Part shown: positions 1 through 12,567 of the stretch, one piece after another
Layout: each line of letters starts with the position of its first letter
Numbering within the stretch: position 1 is the stretch's first letter
Assembly (NCBI GenBank): GCA_028534125.1
Contig: CM052818.1
Location: 40,178,001 to 40,242,000 of the forward strand
Reading direction: 5' to 3'
Source: Lama glama
Lineage: Eukaryota
Length of the DNA stretch: 64,000 bases
Notes under the pieces: generated by a model
Told to the model about the DNA's origin: nothing
What the model saw: only the letters and a program-made list of their open reading frames with translations
Databases searched by the model: none
Made by a program: the position numbers and the translations under genes

Positions 1-2723
1 ATTCCTGTTTTATCACCAAGGGGTCCTATTCTCAGACAATCCTTTTCTTCACCACGAAGTGGGCAAGTCTGACCTGGGCAAAGTGATCAAGGTGGAGCAA
101 TTAGAGGAACACGGGCCAGATTCTTCCAATTAGGTGACTGTGCACAGACCTCTGCCATGGTGATGGCAAAAAAACTACTGTTCAGTCCCCCATTCCCACT
201 GCTCAAGTGATAAATGACCCCCAGCCTGCTCTCCCCAGAGCCGAGCGAGGCCGGTCTCTGGACAAAGGCCAGGGAAAACAGAACAAGATTTATAAGAGCC
301 AAAGGCAGAGTGAAGAAGAGCCGCAGGGCATGGGGGGAAAGGCCCAAGGAGAAAATGTAGCATGTTTGAGTAGCTGCACGTTACTTTATGATGACAGGAT
401 GGAGGCAGGAGGGGCGGAGGGGGGTGGTGGAGGGTAAGTGGCCACAGTCAAATCGCCAGTGTCTGGGCCGGCTGGGGACTTCTCTGCAGTTGGCCCAGCT
501 CTTTGGAAAGTGGGAACACTGGCCCTGAAAATCCTGGTCTGGTTCCTTCATTCACTCCAGCTCCTTCTAAACAGACATCATTCAAGGAATGTCTTTAAAA
601 CTAAGGAGACAAATGGAGACAGAGAAACAGCGGTCATGTGCTGCTAGATTAAAAGGCATGATGGTACAATTAAAGATATTTACCAGAGAAATTTGAACCC
701 CATTACACGCCAGCGTACAGTATGCGAGGAAGAGCTGTTTTATATCATCAAAGACAAAAACCAGGTCTATAGGTAAGCTTTAAGAACAATAAACATCCTG
801 AATTCAAGAATAAGTCTGTCAAATGAAGGGATATTGATTTTGGAACAAGGAATATTATGTCAAACAACATTAGTTTAATTGATCTGAATTTAGTTTAAGT
901 ACTAAAAGCATTTATATACAAACAGCAAATGAAAATTAACTGCAGCTGAAGCCCCGCTGCTCGTTCTCAGGGGTTTCGCATAGACCAGAACCTGGCACCC
1001 AACAGGCCTGCTTGGAGTCGCGAGCACAGGGGATGGAGCTGGGGTTTCTTCCCTGCATGACAACTGGGGAGGCAATGTGCTTTCTCTCAGAGGTAGGAAC
1101 ATTTAACACCGGCCTTTGACTTCTCAAAATACACAAATGCTGTTTCTTGCTCCAAAGGAATTCATGAGAGGACATGGGGCAAGGCCAGGAGCAAGGAGTC
1201 GAGTGGGTACTCAAGTAAGTGAATGAGAGTAGCCCCGGCAATGCCTCTGACCACTTGGCTTGGCCCTGTCGGAAAGGATGCCTAACAAGGCTGCCTGTTC
1301 TCCACACAGAGTGGCCCCTTTCAGCAGCTGCCAGGCCCTGGGAGCCCCAGGTAGAGGCTCCAGGAAAGCACCTGGGCGCCCAGCCCGGGCAGGTCAGGTT
1401 CTCAATCAACAGCACCAGCTTCAGTCCCCCACGGTGATGAAATGGAGAGAGCCTGCAAAAGTGTCCAAACCCATTTCCTGCCTTGTTCTCTTGTTTCTTC
1501 TGAAAGAGATCACGAATCAATCACTTTTTCTTTTTTAACCCCCAACCCATAGCCGTCCCATAGAACTCACTCCGAAGTGTATAAATAGACAGAGCTGGAC
1601 GGCGGTAAAGCCAGGGCAGAGAGGCACACTTTCTCTTTAGTTATGCAAGTTTTGTGTGCAAGAATAATTGTGATTCCCCCCAAGGATCGTTCAAGGGAAT
1701 TCCAGAGGGAGCCTTCAGAGGTCCACCGGTCCTGGTTATCACCCCAAGTCCACTCTCGGAGGCTCCCCGTGAAGGAGTGAGGGTGTGATCTGCTCAGTTC
1801 TGTGTCAGACTCATTACTTAAGATCTAGTCAGCTCAGGAGCCAACCACATTTCCACTTTGTTTTCAGAAGGCCTGACAAAGGCCCCAGGATGTTGTTTTG
1901 TTTACATCTTGCCACCTGTGTCCTCTCCCCCTGAAAGCCGAATCTCTACTCCCAGATCAAAGGGCACTTAAGTGGAGCTGGAAGAACCATCTCTCCACCT
2001 CCAGCCCTCAGGTCTCGCTCTCACTCTCACTCCAGAGTGCCGCACGTTGTCAGATTTATAGCCTCCTGTGTGAACACAGCCACAAAAACCAACAAAAACA
2101 GCCCCACACCGTGGTTTTTCTATCCATTCAGACCGCTTGCCACACACGTGAGGTTTATCGTCAGGGTTTTAGCTGCGAAGGAACCATTATATGAGCTCTC
2201 AAGATGCCATTTATCCTATCTGTCTCGATTTCTCCTTGTTGAAACATTTTTCTATTCCAAACATTTGACCCATTTTCTATCAAAATATTTTTCCCTTTTG
2301 ATAGTCCTAGCCAGCAGAGTCAGTGGAGGAGCAGAGTGACTGAGGACCAGGAGAACTCGGTTCTAGAATGACAGATGTAACTTGCTGAGGACAATGCAAC
2401 TAGAAAGAGACCTTGCGTGATGGAACACTCTGGGAACAGTCACTCTGTAAAGGTACTATGTAGTCGTGTCTCACAGACTCCAAAGAACTAATGTTCCTGG
2501 GCTACTGTTCATATTATATTTGTTCAGCAAGTGTGCATTGAACTCCATGATGCACCAGGCCTTCTGAAAAGCATCCATGAAGATGTGCACACTAGTCCGG
2601 CCTTAGTCCAGATGAACAGATGATCCTAGCGCAGCCTGGCTCAGATCTGCAGAAACAGAGGTACAAACCAGCCCCTAGAAGAAGCTTGAAGACAGAGGCA
2701 GTTGCTCTCCCAAGAAAGAAGTG

Positions 2724-3003
2724 TGCTATAGTCTGAATGCTTCTGTCCCCTAAATTCATATGCTGAAATCCTACCCCCTCAGGTGACAGTATTAGGAGAT
2801 GGGGGTCTCTGGAAGGTGATTAGGTCATGAGGCAGAGCTCTCTTGATGGGATTAGTAATCTTATAAAAGAGGTTTCAGAGTGATCCCTCACCCCTCTCAC
2901 CACATGAGGACACAGCAAGAAATTGGTTATCTGCAACCCAGAAGAGGGCCTCCACCAGAACCCGGAGACTGCTATCCGGATCTTGGGTCTCCAGCCTCCA
3001 GAA
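2724..3003 (+). mobile_element. MaLR solo LTR fragment (MLT1A/MST-like), 3'-truncated
   Basis: Starts TGCTATAGTCTGAATG...TCCCCTAAATTCATATGCTGAAATCCTA, followed by GTATTAGGAG, GATTAGGTCATGAG, CTTATAAAAGAG, GAGGACACAGCAAGAA and CCAGCCTCCAGAA, all hallmark MLT1A/MST LTR motifs. Confidence 0.85.
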
Positions 3004-3314
3004 TAGCAACCTGAACTACAACAGGGAACCTGCAAGGAGAGTGCAAAGTCCGGAGCCTCCCAGCTGGGGCAGGTGGGGGGGGGCGGGGGTGGCAGTCCAT
3101 GAAGAGAGAACTGCAAGGTCAAAAGCACAGAGTGGGCAGCTGATGTCTGCACGATGCTGCCGGGTCCAGGGTGACTGCAGCCAGGGGCAAGAGTCCTGGA
3201 CCAGAGCACTCAGGGCCTCCTGGCTTCTTTATTGCTTTCCTTTCCCCTTGAGGAGCTGTGACGGACTGAGAGGCAGATGCTCTTTGGTCTGAGGCACTCC
3301 CCTCCATTTCTTAG

Positions 3315-3670
3315 ACACGGGACCTTGGACAAGTCACTCAACCTTTCTAGACCCCCCTATTCCCTTGAAATATGCAGAAGGTAACAGTTACCTCCTCAGA
3401 CCTGGAGGTGGGGCTTACACAGAGAGAACATGTAGGAAAGCCCTTACACATAGTACCCAGCTAGGCTTACAGGGCATTCAGCCATATGACCCAGAGGGGC
3501 CCACATATCGAAATGAAAGGAGAAGGTCAGGCTTTTTCTGGCCTGAATTTAGGGGAAAAAACTCCCAGTGGTTCTCTACATATGATGCTGAGCAAGTCAT
3601 ATCATCTCCCCATAAAATAGGAGTGGAAAGGCCAGGGTGGATTTCTAAGGTCTCTTCCGGTTTAGATTTC
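3315..3670 (+). mobile_element. MIR/MIR3 SINE fragments
   Basis: GACCTTGGACAAGTCACTCAACCTTTCT core-like motif; second fragment has GAGCAAGTCA...TAAAATAGG...TCTAAGGTCTCTTCC. Confidence 0.65.
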
Positions 3671-5329
3671 CAAGGACAGAGTTGAAAGCTCATTGGGCAA
3701 AATCATCGGATTCCTGAAGACCTTGTTTAAATCCACCTCCTGGAGTGTAACTGTTATATGTCTCAATATTACAAATTATGAAATACGAAATAAATACATG
3801 CACATATACATAAACACATGTGAGTATATATAGACGTGCATGTGTATATGTAACTCAATTGTTCCAACCAGGGACATCAGTCCAATGCCTGGAGTTTCTC
3901 TTTTTCTTTCAGGATTCAACATTTGGCTCAGTTCCAGTGTGTTCCCAAGTTTCTGAGTCTTGTTCCCACAAAGATCTGTCTTCTCTCTCTGGTTAAAAGA
4001 AATGCATGCTGGGCATTCTGCCAAGCACTTGGGGCGCTTGTAGCATTCTGCTGTGACCCCTGGGGTGTACCCCTTTCCTGTGTCACTGGTTGCGGGGGGT
4101 AGGGGGGGAGCCTGCCATGACCCTGCTAGAGCTAGGCATTGAATTCTGAAGCATGAAAGGTTTACCCAGGCCCAAGACTGGACTCACCAGATCTGTGAGT
4201 CAAGAATCCCAGTCAACTCTAGCCCGAGGCACCAGTGCCTTGTGGAGTGACCCTAGGAAGAGAGAGGTCCGCTTACTTTTCCACAGCCTCCATCACTAAT
4301 GCTGTCTCTCACATTGAAACAGCCCTTCAGCATTTACAAAATACAGTTACAGCCTTGACCTGATGTGAGTCAAACCAGGCCATTAGCATCCAAACAAGAA
4401 CTCCTCTTATAATGCACATGCATATGAAATCCTAGGGGTCACCTTTTGAGGAAGTGCCCTCTCACCGATCTTTAGTTATCCCAGAAGGGCCCAGATATAC
4501 CCTGCCTGGGGATAGGGTATTCTGAAGCTCAAAGGAGAGAAGGAATAAAGGTTGGCTTTTGGCAAAATGGGGAAAAAAAAAAAAGAACCTCTAAAAGATG
4601 AAGAGACTCCACCCTCCCCTTTCATGGCCTGCCCTCCTCAAAGCATCATTTCTATTTCTCTCACAGCCTTCCTCTTCCTCCTGGAAACAACTGCTTTCAG
4701 AACAAAATTTACTAGCAGCCTCTGAAGGCCCTTAAAACACTGACATTTTATGGTTCTATTTGAATTTCATCCAATTTCTTTTCATGAGATGAAGCCTTGG
4801 TATTAAGGAGTTTCAGAAATGTTGGGGTCATTTGGGAGGAAAGGTAGGGGTTTCCCTACCTAAGCAGATTTTATGGTGGATGTCTTCATGCAAACAGGCA
4901 GCATCATGGCGCCTGACCAGGGAGCCTGACAAGGTCACCTCATATATAACAGAAGGATGCCCAGGCGGAGGACCCAAGGAGATGAGGCTGCTTCTGAAAA
5001 AAAAACAGCTCTTCTACTGATGCAATTTAGTGCAGCGAAACAGATACTACTGTGAACCCAAGGGCAGGAGTGATAAAGAGCCACATTCTATACCTCCCGG
5101 ATTTAAGGAGTCCATTGTCTACTAGTGGAAATATGAACGCAAACAGATAATTTCAGTAAAATATTCTAAGTGGTAGAACAGATGTAAGCAAAGGTACTGT
5201 GAGAGCACAGAGAAGGGACATTTAGCCAATCTAGGAATTCAGAAAATATTTCTTGCCAGGAATGAAATCTGTTCATGTTGCATTTTAAGGATGCTTTTTG
5301 TTTTTTATAGCCTGTTCCTGGCCTTTCTC

Positions 5330-5480
5330 TCACAATATCATCACTCCATCCCTGTGAGGGAGGCAGGGAAAGAAGCATTATCTCGACTGACAGATGAGGA
5401 CACCAGGGCGCAGGAAAAATACACAAAGTTGCAAAGCCTGTTGGTGGCAGAGAATGAGCAAACCTACGTTGTCTTTATGC
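5330..5480 (-). mobile_element. MIR fragment
   Basis: CCCTGTGAGG...ATTATCTC...ACAGATGAGGACAC resembles the antisense MIR core. Confidence 0.55.
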
Positions 5481-5739
5481 ACTTAAAGTCAATTAGATAG
5501 GGACTGAATGGAATAATGCTGAGATTTCTAGATTATTTGGAGAATAGACAAAGGAAACAAGAGGAAGGTGGGATAAAGTTTTTGATAGTCTTATATGTTA
5601 CAGCCGTATTTGATTTGCTTCAACCAAAGCTATCTGTTGTCTGTAGAAATGTACATTTGGTCACTCAGAAGCCCTATCCCTGGGAGGGGGTGGGTGGGGA
5701 ATGGGTGAATGAGGTCAAAAGGTAAAACAAAAACAAAAA

Positions 5740-6003
5740 CACATAATACCATTTACAAGTATTCCAAAGAAAGTGAAGTACTTGTCTATTAAACTTGGAC
5801 AGGATCTCTACACCAAAAATCACTAAATGCTCAGGAAAAAAATATCAAAGACCTAGATAGATGTAGAGACATGCTAAGTTGATGGACTGGAAGATTCAAC
5901 GTAGTAAAGATGTCAGTTCTTCCCAAATTGGTTTATAGGTTTAATGTAATTCCTATCAAAATCCCACAATTTTTTTTTGTAGATATAGACAGACTTATTC
6001 TAT
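5740..6003 (+). mobile_element. Old L1M ORF2 fragment
   Basis: ATACCATTTACAA...TGGACTGGAAGATTCAAC...AAGATGTCAGTTCTTCCCAAATTG...TTCCTATCAAAATCCCA is the post-RT region of L1 ORF2. Confidence 0.85.
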
Positions 6004-6059
6004 AATACAGGTAGGGGAAAAAATCTGTAAACTGTGTGTTTATGCCTATCAGGTTTAAT

Positions 6060-7155
6060 GCTAGCTTAACAAAACCAACATTAGAGGCATTCTACAAAAT
6101 AAATGGCTTGTAATCTTCAAAAGAATCAATATCATGTTAGTTAAGGAAAGGTTGAAGAAAAAGTCTACATTGAATAACACTAAAATCAATGTGTAGTTCT
6201 GTACAGTATCCTTTTTCTAAAAGGAATGAATTTGGCTTCTTAGTGAAACTTAAATATATTTATAATAACATGTTTAGAGAAGAATGGCGCACCATGTCAG
6301 CAACTTAATCTCAGATGATTAAAAAAGTTCTTTCTCTGGTCTTTGAAACTTATGGATCAGTTTGATCATAATTTAGATACATGTATAGGTTTATTCAGAG
6401 CAATATTACTAATAATTGCAAAACATTAAAATCAACTTACACATCTTATAGGAGACTGGTTGAACCATGGCACGTCATAGAATGCTGTCTTACACAACTG
6501 TAAGAAAAACTGGGGAAGATTTCTATGCAATGATACAGCACAATTTTTTAAAAAATCAGAAAAAAAATGAAGTTACAAAGAATATCTATAGCATTCTATC
6601 TTTCAAATAAGGAAGAAAGGGAAGTAATAAAATATACACATATTTGTTAATTTGTACAAAAAGAAATACAGAAAATTTCAACCACAAATGAGTGAAATTA
6701 ACTCCCTGTAGACGGTAGACAGAAATGAGATAGAAGGAAAGAATGAAAAAGGAGTAGAAGGGATGAAGAGAAAGTGATACTCACCTGAGCTTATCATTTG
6801 TATGCTTGGGACTCTTAGAACCACTGTAATGTTTAGCCTGCCTCTCCCCCAAATAAATGAATAATTACAATCAAGTGAGATAAATGTATATGGGGGAAAG
6901 GTAATTCAAGATAGAATCAAAATAGCAATAAATAGACATAGTTATATTGTAAAGAAATAATCACAGTGAAGAGCGTGAGGAAGAAATAACTAACATGTAA
7001 CAGAAATTCTGCACTATTTTGGTTATATAATATGAAGTTAAAGATGGGGAGAAAGAACTGTTCACACATTTACTTTGCTTTCCACAGAGGTATAGGTTAG
7101 CAACTCTAACCGACTTTATGTATATACGATAATTGAAAAATAAGTGAATATATTA
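6060..7155 (+). mobile_element. L1MC-type 3' UTR fragments
   Basis: Alignable by eye to the L1MC-like 3' end at 37790-39755 (CATTCTACAAAATAA...TCTTCAAAA; ACTCACCTGAG...TAATGTT; AATAATCACA-TGAAG). Confidence 0.65.
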
Positions 7156-7194
7156 AGGAAAAATAAACTAACAGAAGGAGAAAGCAAAAAAAAA

Positions 7195-7622
7195 AACTTA
7201 ATCAAAAAGAATAAAACAGCTAGGAATAAACTTAATGGAGGAGGTGAAGGATGTATACTCCTAAAACTATAAAACATTGATGAGGGAAACTGAAGATGAT
7301 AGAAAGAAATAGATATTTCATGTTCTTGAATTGGATGAATTAATATTGTTAAAATGTCTATACTACCAAAAGGAATCTACAGATGTCATACAATACCATT
7401 AATATACCCATAACATTTTTCACAGAACTAGAAAAAATAATCCAAAAATTTATATGGAATCAAAGAAAATACCTTAATTACCAATGCAATTTTGAGAAAA
7501 AAGAACAAACCTGATGCTCCCTGACTTCAGACTATATTACAAAGCTACAGTAATTAAAACAGCATAGTACTTGCACATAAAAAAGACACGTAGATTAATG
7601 AAACAGGATGGAGAGCCCAGAG
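7195..7622 (+). mobile_element. L1 ORF2 fragment (less diverged)
   Basis: CTAGGAATAAACTTAA...AAAACTATAAAACATTGATG...CACAGAACTAGAAAAAATAATCC...CCTGACTTCAGACTATATTACAAAGCTACAGTAAT (PDFRLYYKATVIKTA motif). Confidence 0.92.
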
Positions 7623-8509
7623 AATGAGGTTCTCATGAAGTGATAGTCTTGAAATAAGACCTTAGAGTATTACCTCATGTTGGATCCACGTTGGATGGCA
7701 GAAACCAAGGTGTGCAGCAGGCTCCCGGGCCACCAGCACTAGGATGGACTTGAGCAATTGACTCGAGCCCTCTTTTAGGTGACAGAACAATGTAGAATGC
7801 TTTTTGACTTTGAGGAAAAGCACTGATTGAGGAAAAGCTCAAATAATTAAGGTTCTATGGAATTATCACATGCTATAGAAGATAGCTTGTGACTCTTGAG
7901 ACCACAACAGTTATGTAACTGGTGAATTCATTCAATAGAAAGCACATGGTTGGCCCAAATACAAATGTACAAAGAAATTAAGTCTGCTAATTACCCTCAC
8001 CTGGAAACACTAGTAATACAGTAGGAGTGAATGTACTCAGACTGTGTCATGCTCCCCAACCTAAAGTTATTCTTGAATATAAACTGTATGTTTAACACAA
8101 CATGACAAATGTTGATATTTATTTAGAAGGTGCTACTTTCATTCATTCACTTAAAAATAAACCAAAAAACACCCCAGAGTTCAGGGATTCTTTAGAAAAC
8201 TGTTGAAATATGTATTTCCATAAAACAAAATCAAAAGTAGCAAATGAATATCTTTAGAAAAATAAACTAGAAAATATTTTAATAAGTGCTTTAATTAATA
8301 TAAAACTGTATCTTATGTAATGCCTATGAGATAGTCCTTTTAAAAAATGTATGAAATATGAAGGAAACCAAGTAATAGAAAAGTATTAATATAATAATAA
8401 AACAAAATTGGTTATGGATTCCCAGAATGCAAATTTTATTACACATATATTGCAGTAATCTGAAGAATACATCAAGTCTGGAAAACCCAATACCAACAGA
8501 GACATTAAT

Positions 8510-8740
8510 TGGAATAGCACCTATCTTAAATGAGTATGTACTATGTGCTTTGCATTGAGTTAAGCATTTTATGTACATTTTTCTCATTTAATTACAACTA
8601 AAGTTTGTTCATCTCCAATTTAGTAATGAGGAAGCCATGGCTTAGGAAAGTTCATTATCTTGCCCAAACCTACACAGTAGTATGTATATAGCAAAACCTA
8701 AATTTATAACTAGATATGTCCAGCGTCAAGGCTTTTGCTC
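8510..8740 (-). mobile_element. MIR SINE
   Basis: TACTATGTGC...TAAGCATTTTA...CTCATTTAA...ATGAGGAAGC...CTTGCCCAA...ACACAG, antisense MIR. Confidence 0.8.
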
Positions 8741-11700
8741 AAAATCAAAATCCAACAAAATCCAACACATACACATGCTTAAGTTTCACTATCAATGTTA
8801 AGGCATCAGTCAGGCAGCCTTATTTCTGCAGACCTGTTAGAAAAATAGTAAAACAAAACAAAACAAAAAAACCAGCTCTTTCTATTTACAAACTCATAAA
8901 TTTTAGCCATAGGAAATCATACATGCATTGTGAGTTAAATCTGGAGTTTCTGAGCAAAATGTGTCATCAGAGAAGCTAATAATCCCCTCCTAAACCAAGG
9001 TTAGTCTACATTCAGTCTACGGAGGCTCAAAGAGAGAACATGTCAGGCTCACTGTTCATGCTGCTTCAAACGAATGCCCTGCATTTTCCTGCAGTGTGAC
9101 AAAGTCATGAAAATAGAGTGTTATGATTTCAGTTAGGAAATGGATGATATCTCTACTGTCTGCTTTCCTTCCTGTCCATCTCTTTGGAGTCAAATTAAAC
9201 AACAACCCCACGTGTGTAGCCAAATGTGTGAAAACAATGGTCAAGGTGAGTGAAACTTCCTGGTGCTGAAAATATCACAAAGGAAAGGATACAGAGAAAG
9301 CAATGAATGCAGAGAGGACAGAAAAGGTCATCCAGCCTGGTACGGCTGTGTCATCTTCAGGTGGAGTCCTGAAGATTGCAGTGGTGACAGCACACAAAGA
9401 GGATATCCTGATGAATGAATGAGAAGCCTGGAAATTTCCACAGAGGAGATGAGAAGACTTTGAATCCAGCCATTTGCGGCTTCTATTTGACCTCACTCCC
9501 TGACTTCCAACAGTGTGGTCTGTTTGGTTTTCAGAGCTATTTGTTGATGGTGGAGCTGAAATATAACTTGCTCTAGAGTTGGAAGGAAACACATAGGAAA
9601 CCAGGTCAGTGTACTGTCTCTTTCCCTAAATTTATTTGTCTGGATCTCAGTCAAAGGCAGCTGAGAACTGGACAGGAGAGAATAGCTTTGACAGGGCAGA
9701 GAACACCATGAAAAAATTAATCATGCAGTTGGTGGGTTCACTTTTAAAGGTTTTTCAGCAGGTTTCGAACTACTTGATCGTCTTAGCCAAGTGATATATA
9801 TCCCTTTATATTTTGTTTTCTATTCATTAAAATCTTTGGTGTTATTCAGTGGGGGTATTCCCTTAAAATCTTTGGTACATTTCAGTAGTATCTATCGAAG
9901 AGAAACCAGGACTCTAATCATTGATGTCTACCCTCAAGTTCTTAAGAAAGATAATAATATTTTCACTGATTTTAATTTTAACTGCAAATAAACCATAAAA
10001 TAGAAATCTAAACATATAGCATTGATGTCTAAAAAGGTAGTATGAGTTTTTATTATTGTACCCTGACATGGATTCCAAGCCCTAGCAAGTCCTAAACTTT
10101 ATTCACACCATATTAATAATTGCACTTCCACGTGGAGAGAACCACATCAAATTCTTTGGATGATAACAGTGGCAGCTAAATTTTTGAAAGAAAGCGTTTG
10201 ATAAAGAACTTCTGTAGATCCGAGTGGCTTAGTAGACTTTAGAAGATGTCAAAACATTTGATTTTTCTCACAAGCCATAACTTTCCAAGGTAACGGGTAG
10301 GTGGCTCACACTATATGTTTATTTTTAATTAACATTTTCTCTCATTTCCTTTACCACATCTCCCCCTCCACTTTTCACCTGAGCCAAGGGGGTAAATACA
10401 CAGTTAATGACACCCGTTAGCTTTGTCTTTACAAACATCAAATTGATGAGCAGACACCCCAAATCCTTCATTAGGTGGGTCATAAAGTGAAAGAGCTCTT
10501 TGATTATAATATGATGAAAGATTTATTAACAAACATGTATTCAGCTAAATCATAGTATTGGCAGGTTTATGAGATTGTCTCTCCCCAGCTGACAGGTGGG
10601 GCCTGCAGGCTGCTGTGGGAATGAAAACACTAAATCTGTTAGTGTACAACATAATGATCTAATTACTGCCCAACGGAGCGCCGCACAAGGGGCTAGAATT
10701 TCAGAAAGTTTCTTTGGGCTTGCTGGGTCCTGACACAGAAAAAGAAACATGTGCCACACTTTAGGGGACAAAGCTAAAATATGTTAGAGAAAACAGAATA
10801 AACTAGGGATTAACAGAAGGCATGTGGTCAAGTGACTTGTCTAAAAATAGTAAGAAAGGAAAGAAGGAAGGAAGGGGGTACTCTAGAAAGTCACTTGCAA
10901 GCAGGTTTGATTCTCCACAGTCTTCTAGTGGACGCTGCTAGGAGGATTTTTAATGACTGTCAGGAATTTAAAATACAGAATAAATATGACAAACTGTACA
11001 CTTCAATCACACCATATGATAAAAAATGGACTTAGAAATAATGAAAGTGATAATATTATTAGCTCACTGAAAATTAAATGTTTGCACATATACTGAAAAA
11101 AATGATAGGCCAAATCATATTTGCAACACCTTATACCATTGGACCAGAGGAGGTTTTTCCGCTTGCCATTCACTCAGAATTTTAGAGTTTTGACATAGGG
11201 TAGTGTATATAGAGGTATACTCCTAAAATGTGGTTTCTGAGAAACTCTCTGAAAATATTTATCAAATTACCAATATTGTCTAATTTAACACTCTCAAAAT
11301 GCTAAATTATCTTGTATAGTGGAGAATAACCAACTGTTGTGAATAATGACAATAATTTGGGGTGGGTTCAGATTTTTATAAGATGTATTTTCCTTGAGTA
11401 TGTTTTTTAATCCAAAGGTTTCTTTTCTTTTTGTCACAGTATACTTTGAACTATGATATCTATTGACTGTTCTTTGTCAAACACAGACACATTTTCTAAA
11501 TTAATACTTACAGGTGAAATTAGCAATAAATATCTTAGTTTGAAATGTGGCTTTGGACTCAACATTTTCTATTTAAAGAAAATTTATATGCTTCTGTGTA
11601 GGTGTTAAAATTGAAGAATGATAAATAGCATAAAGGAGATTATGCTCTTAATCCTTGTATTTGATGAAGATTAAACGGGGAAAGGAAAATTCTTAAACTC

Positions 11701-12411
11701 AGGACTGGAAAGGACTTTCATCTTTTTTTTCTAACCTTCTCACTATGGATATAGTTAGACAAACTAAGATAATTTCCTCAAGCATCGTTTCTGTAAACAC
11801 AGTATTCATTTTCCATCATGTGTACACAGACGTGAAACCACAAAGACCTCTTAAGGAAGTGTCAGTCTTCTGATGTTAATAAAGATCTCTGTCATCATCA
11901 ACTTCCATAGGGAAGTGAGGCACTAAAGTAGTCCTTGACATCAAATAATAGAAAAATATTCTGTAGAGTGTTTGTGCTTGTAAGAAAAAAAATCATTTCC
12001 AAGCATACAGCTAATAATAATAGCTTTCATGTTTTGAGTACCTGTCACTGGTGCTCAACAGTATGTTAGGTACTTTTCATATGGACAGTATCACATGCTA
12101 AAAGGATATATGTTGCCATAATAATTTTAAAACAAACTGGATTTAAAATTAGCCATTTCCTCACTTTTATCAATTCAGATAATCAGAAGGAAAATTTGCT
12201 GGCATATAGAGATTTCCTTAGTAGTACATATAGAGAGGTACTCTTTACTCTGCTTACCCTCTGTTTATCATTAAAATGGCAATACTAGTCATTACATTAG
12301 CCTCGTGAGGCTAAAACAAGGGAATACATGCATCTTCTAAGCTGCTAATGATATATAGGTTGGTGACCAATTACTCTTACTATGGATCCAGTAATAATGC
12401 CTTCCACTTTA

Positions 12412-12567
12412 TCTTTTTAAATTTTTATTTATTTTAAAATTTTTCTTTGTAGGGGAGAAGTAATTAGGTTTTTATGTATTCATTTATCTTTAATGGAGGT
12501 ACTGGGGATTGAACTTGGGACCTTGTGCATGCTAGGCACCCACTCTGCTAGTGAGCTACACCCTCCC
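12412..12567 (-). mobile_element. Camelid tRNA-derived SINE (Vic-1 type)
   Basis: Minus strand reads GGGAGGGTGTAGCTCACTAGCAGAGTGGGTGCCTAGCATGCACAAGGTCCCAAGTTCAATCCCCAGTACCTCCATTAAAG, with degenerate Pol III A/B boxes and an A-rich tail. Flanked by TTCCACTTTA at 12402-12411 and 12576-12585. Confidence 0.9.

Noticed and set aside
87..158. Strong Kozak ATG on the minus strand (gccatcaccATGG; MAEVCAQSPNW...)
   Set aside because: The frame closes after 23 codons with no convincing donor and no recognisable protein
648..771. Plus-strand open segment IKRHDGTIKDIYQRNLNPITRQRTVCEEELFYIIKDKNQVY ending at AG|GTAAGC
   Set aside because: The donor is good, but the acceptor lacks a polypyrimidine tract, the peptide is unrecognised and the strand opposes the inferred host orientation
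936..1520. Longest non-gap ORF (194 aa, minus strand)
   Set aside because: No recognisable domain, and overlapping ORFs in several frames are typical of locally GC-rich non-coding DNA
12493..12567. tRNA gene (also at 40350-40427)
   Set aside because: The tRNA-like head is followed by an A-rich tail and flanked by TSDs, so it is a SINE rather than a tRNA
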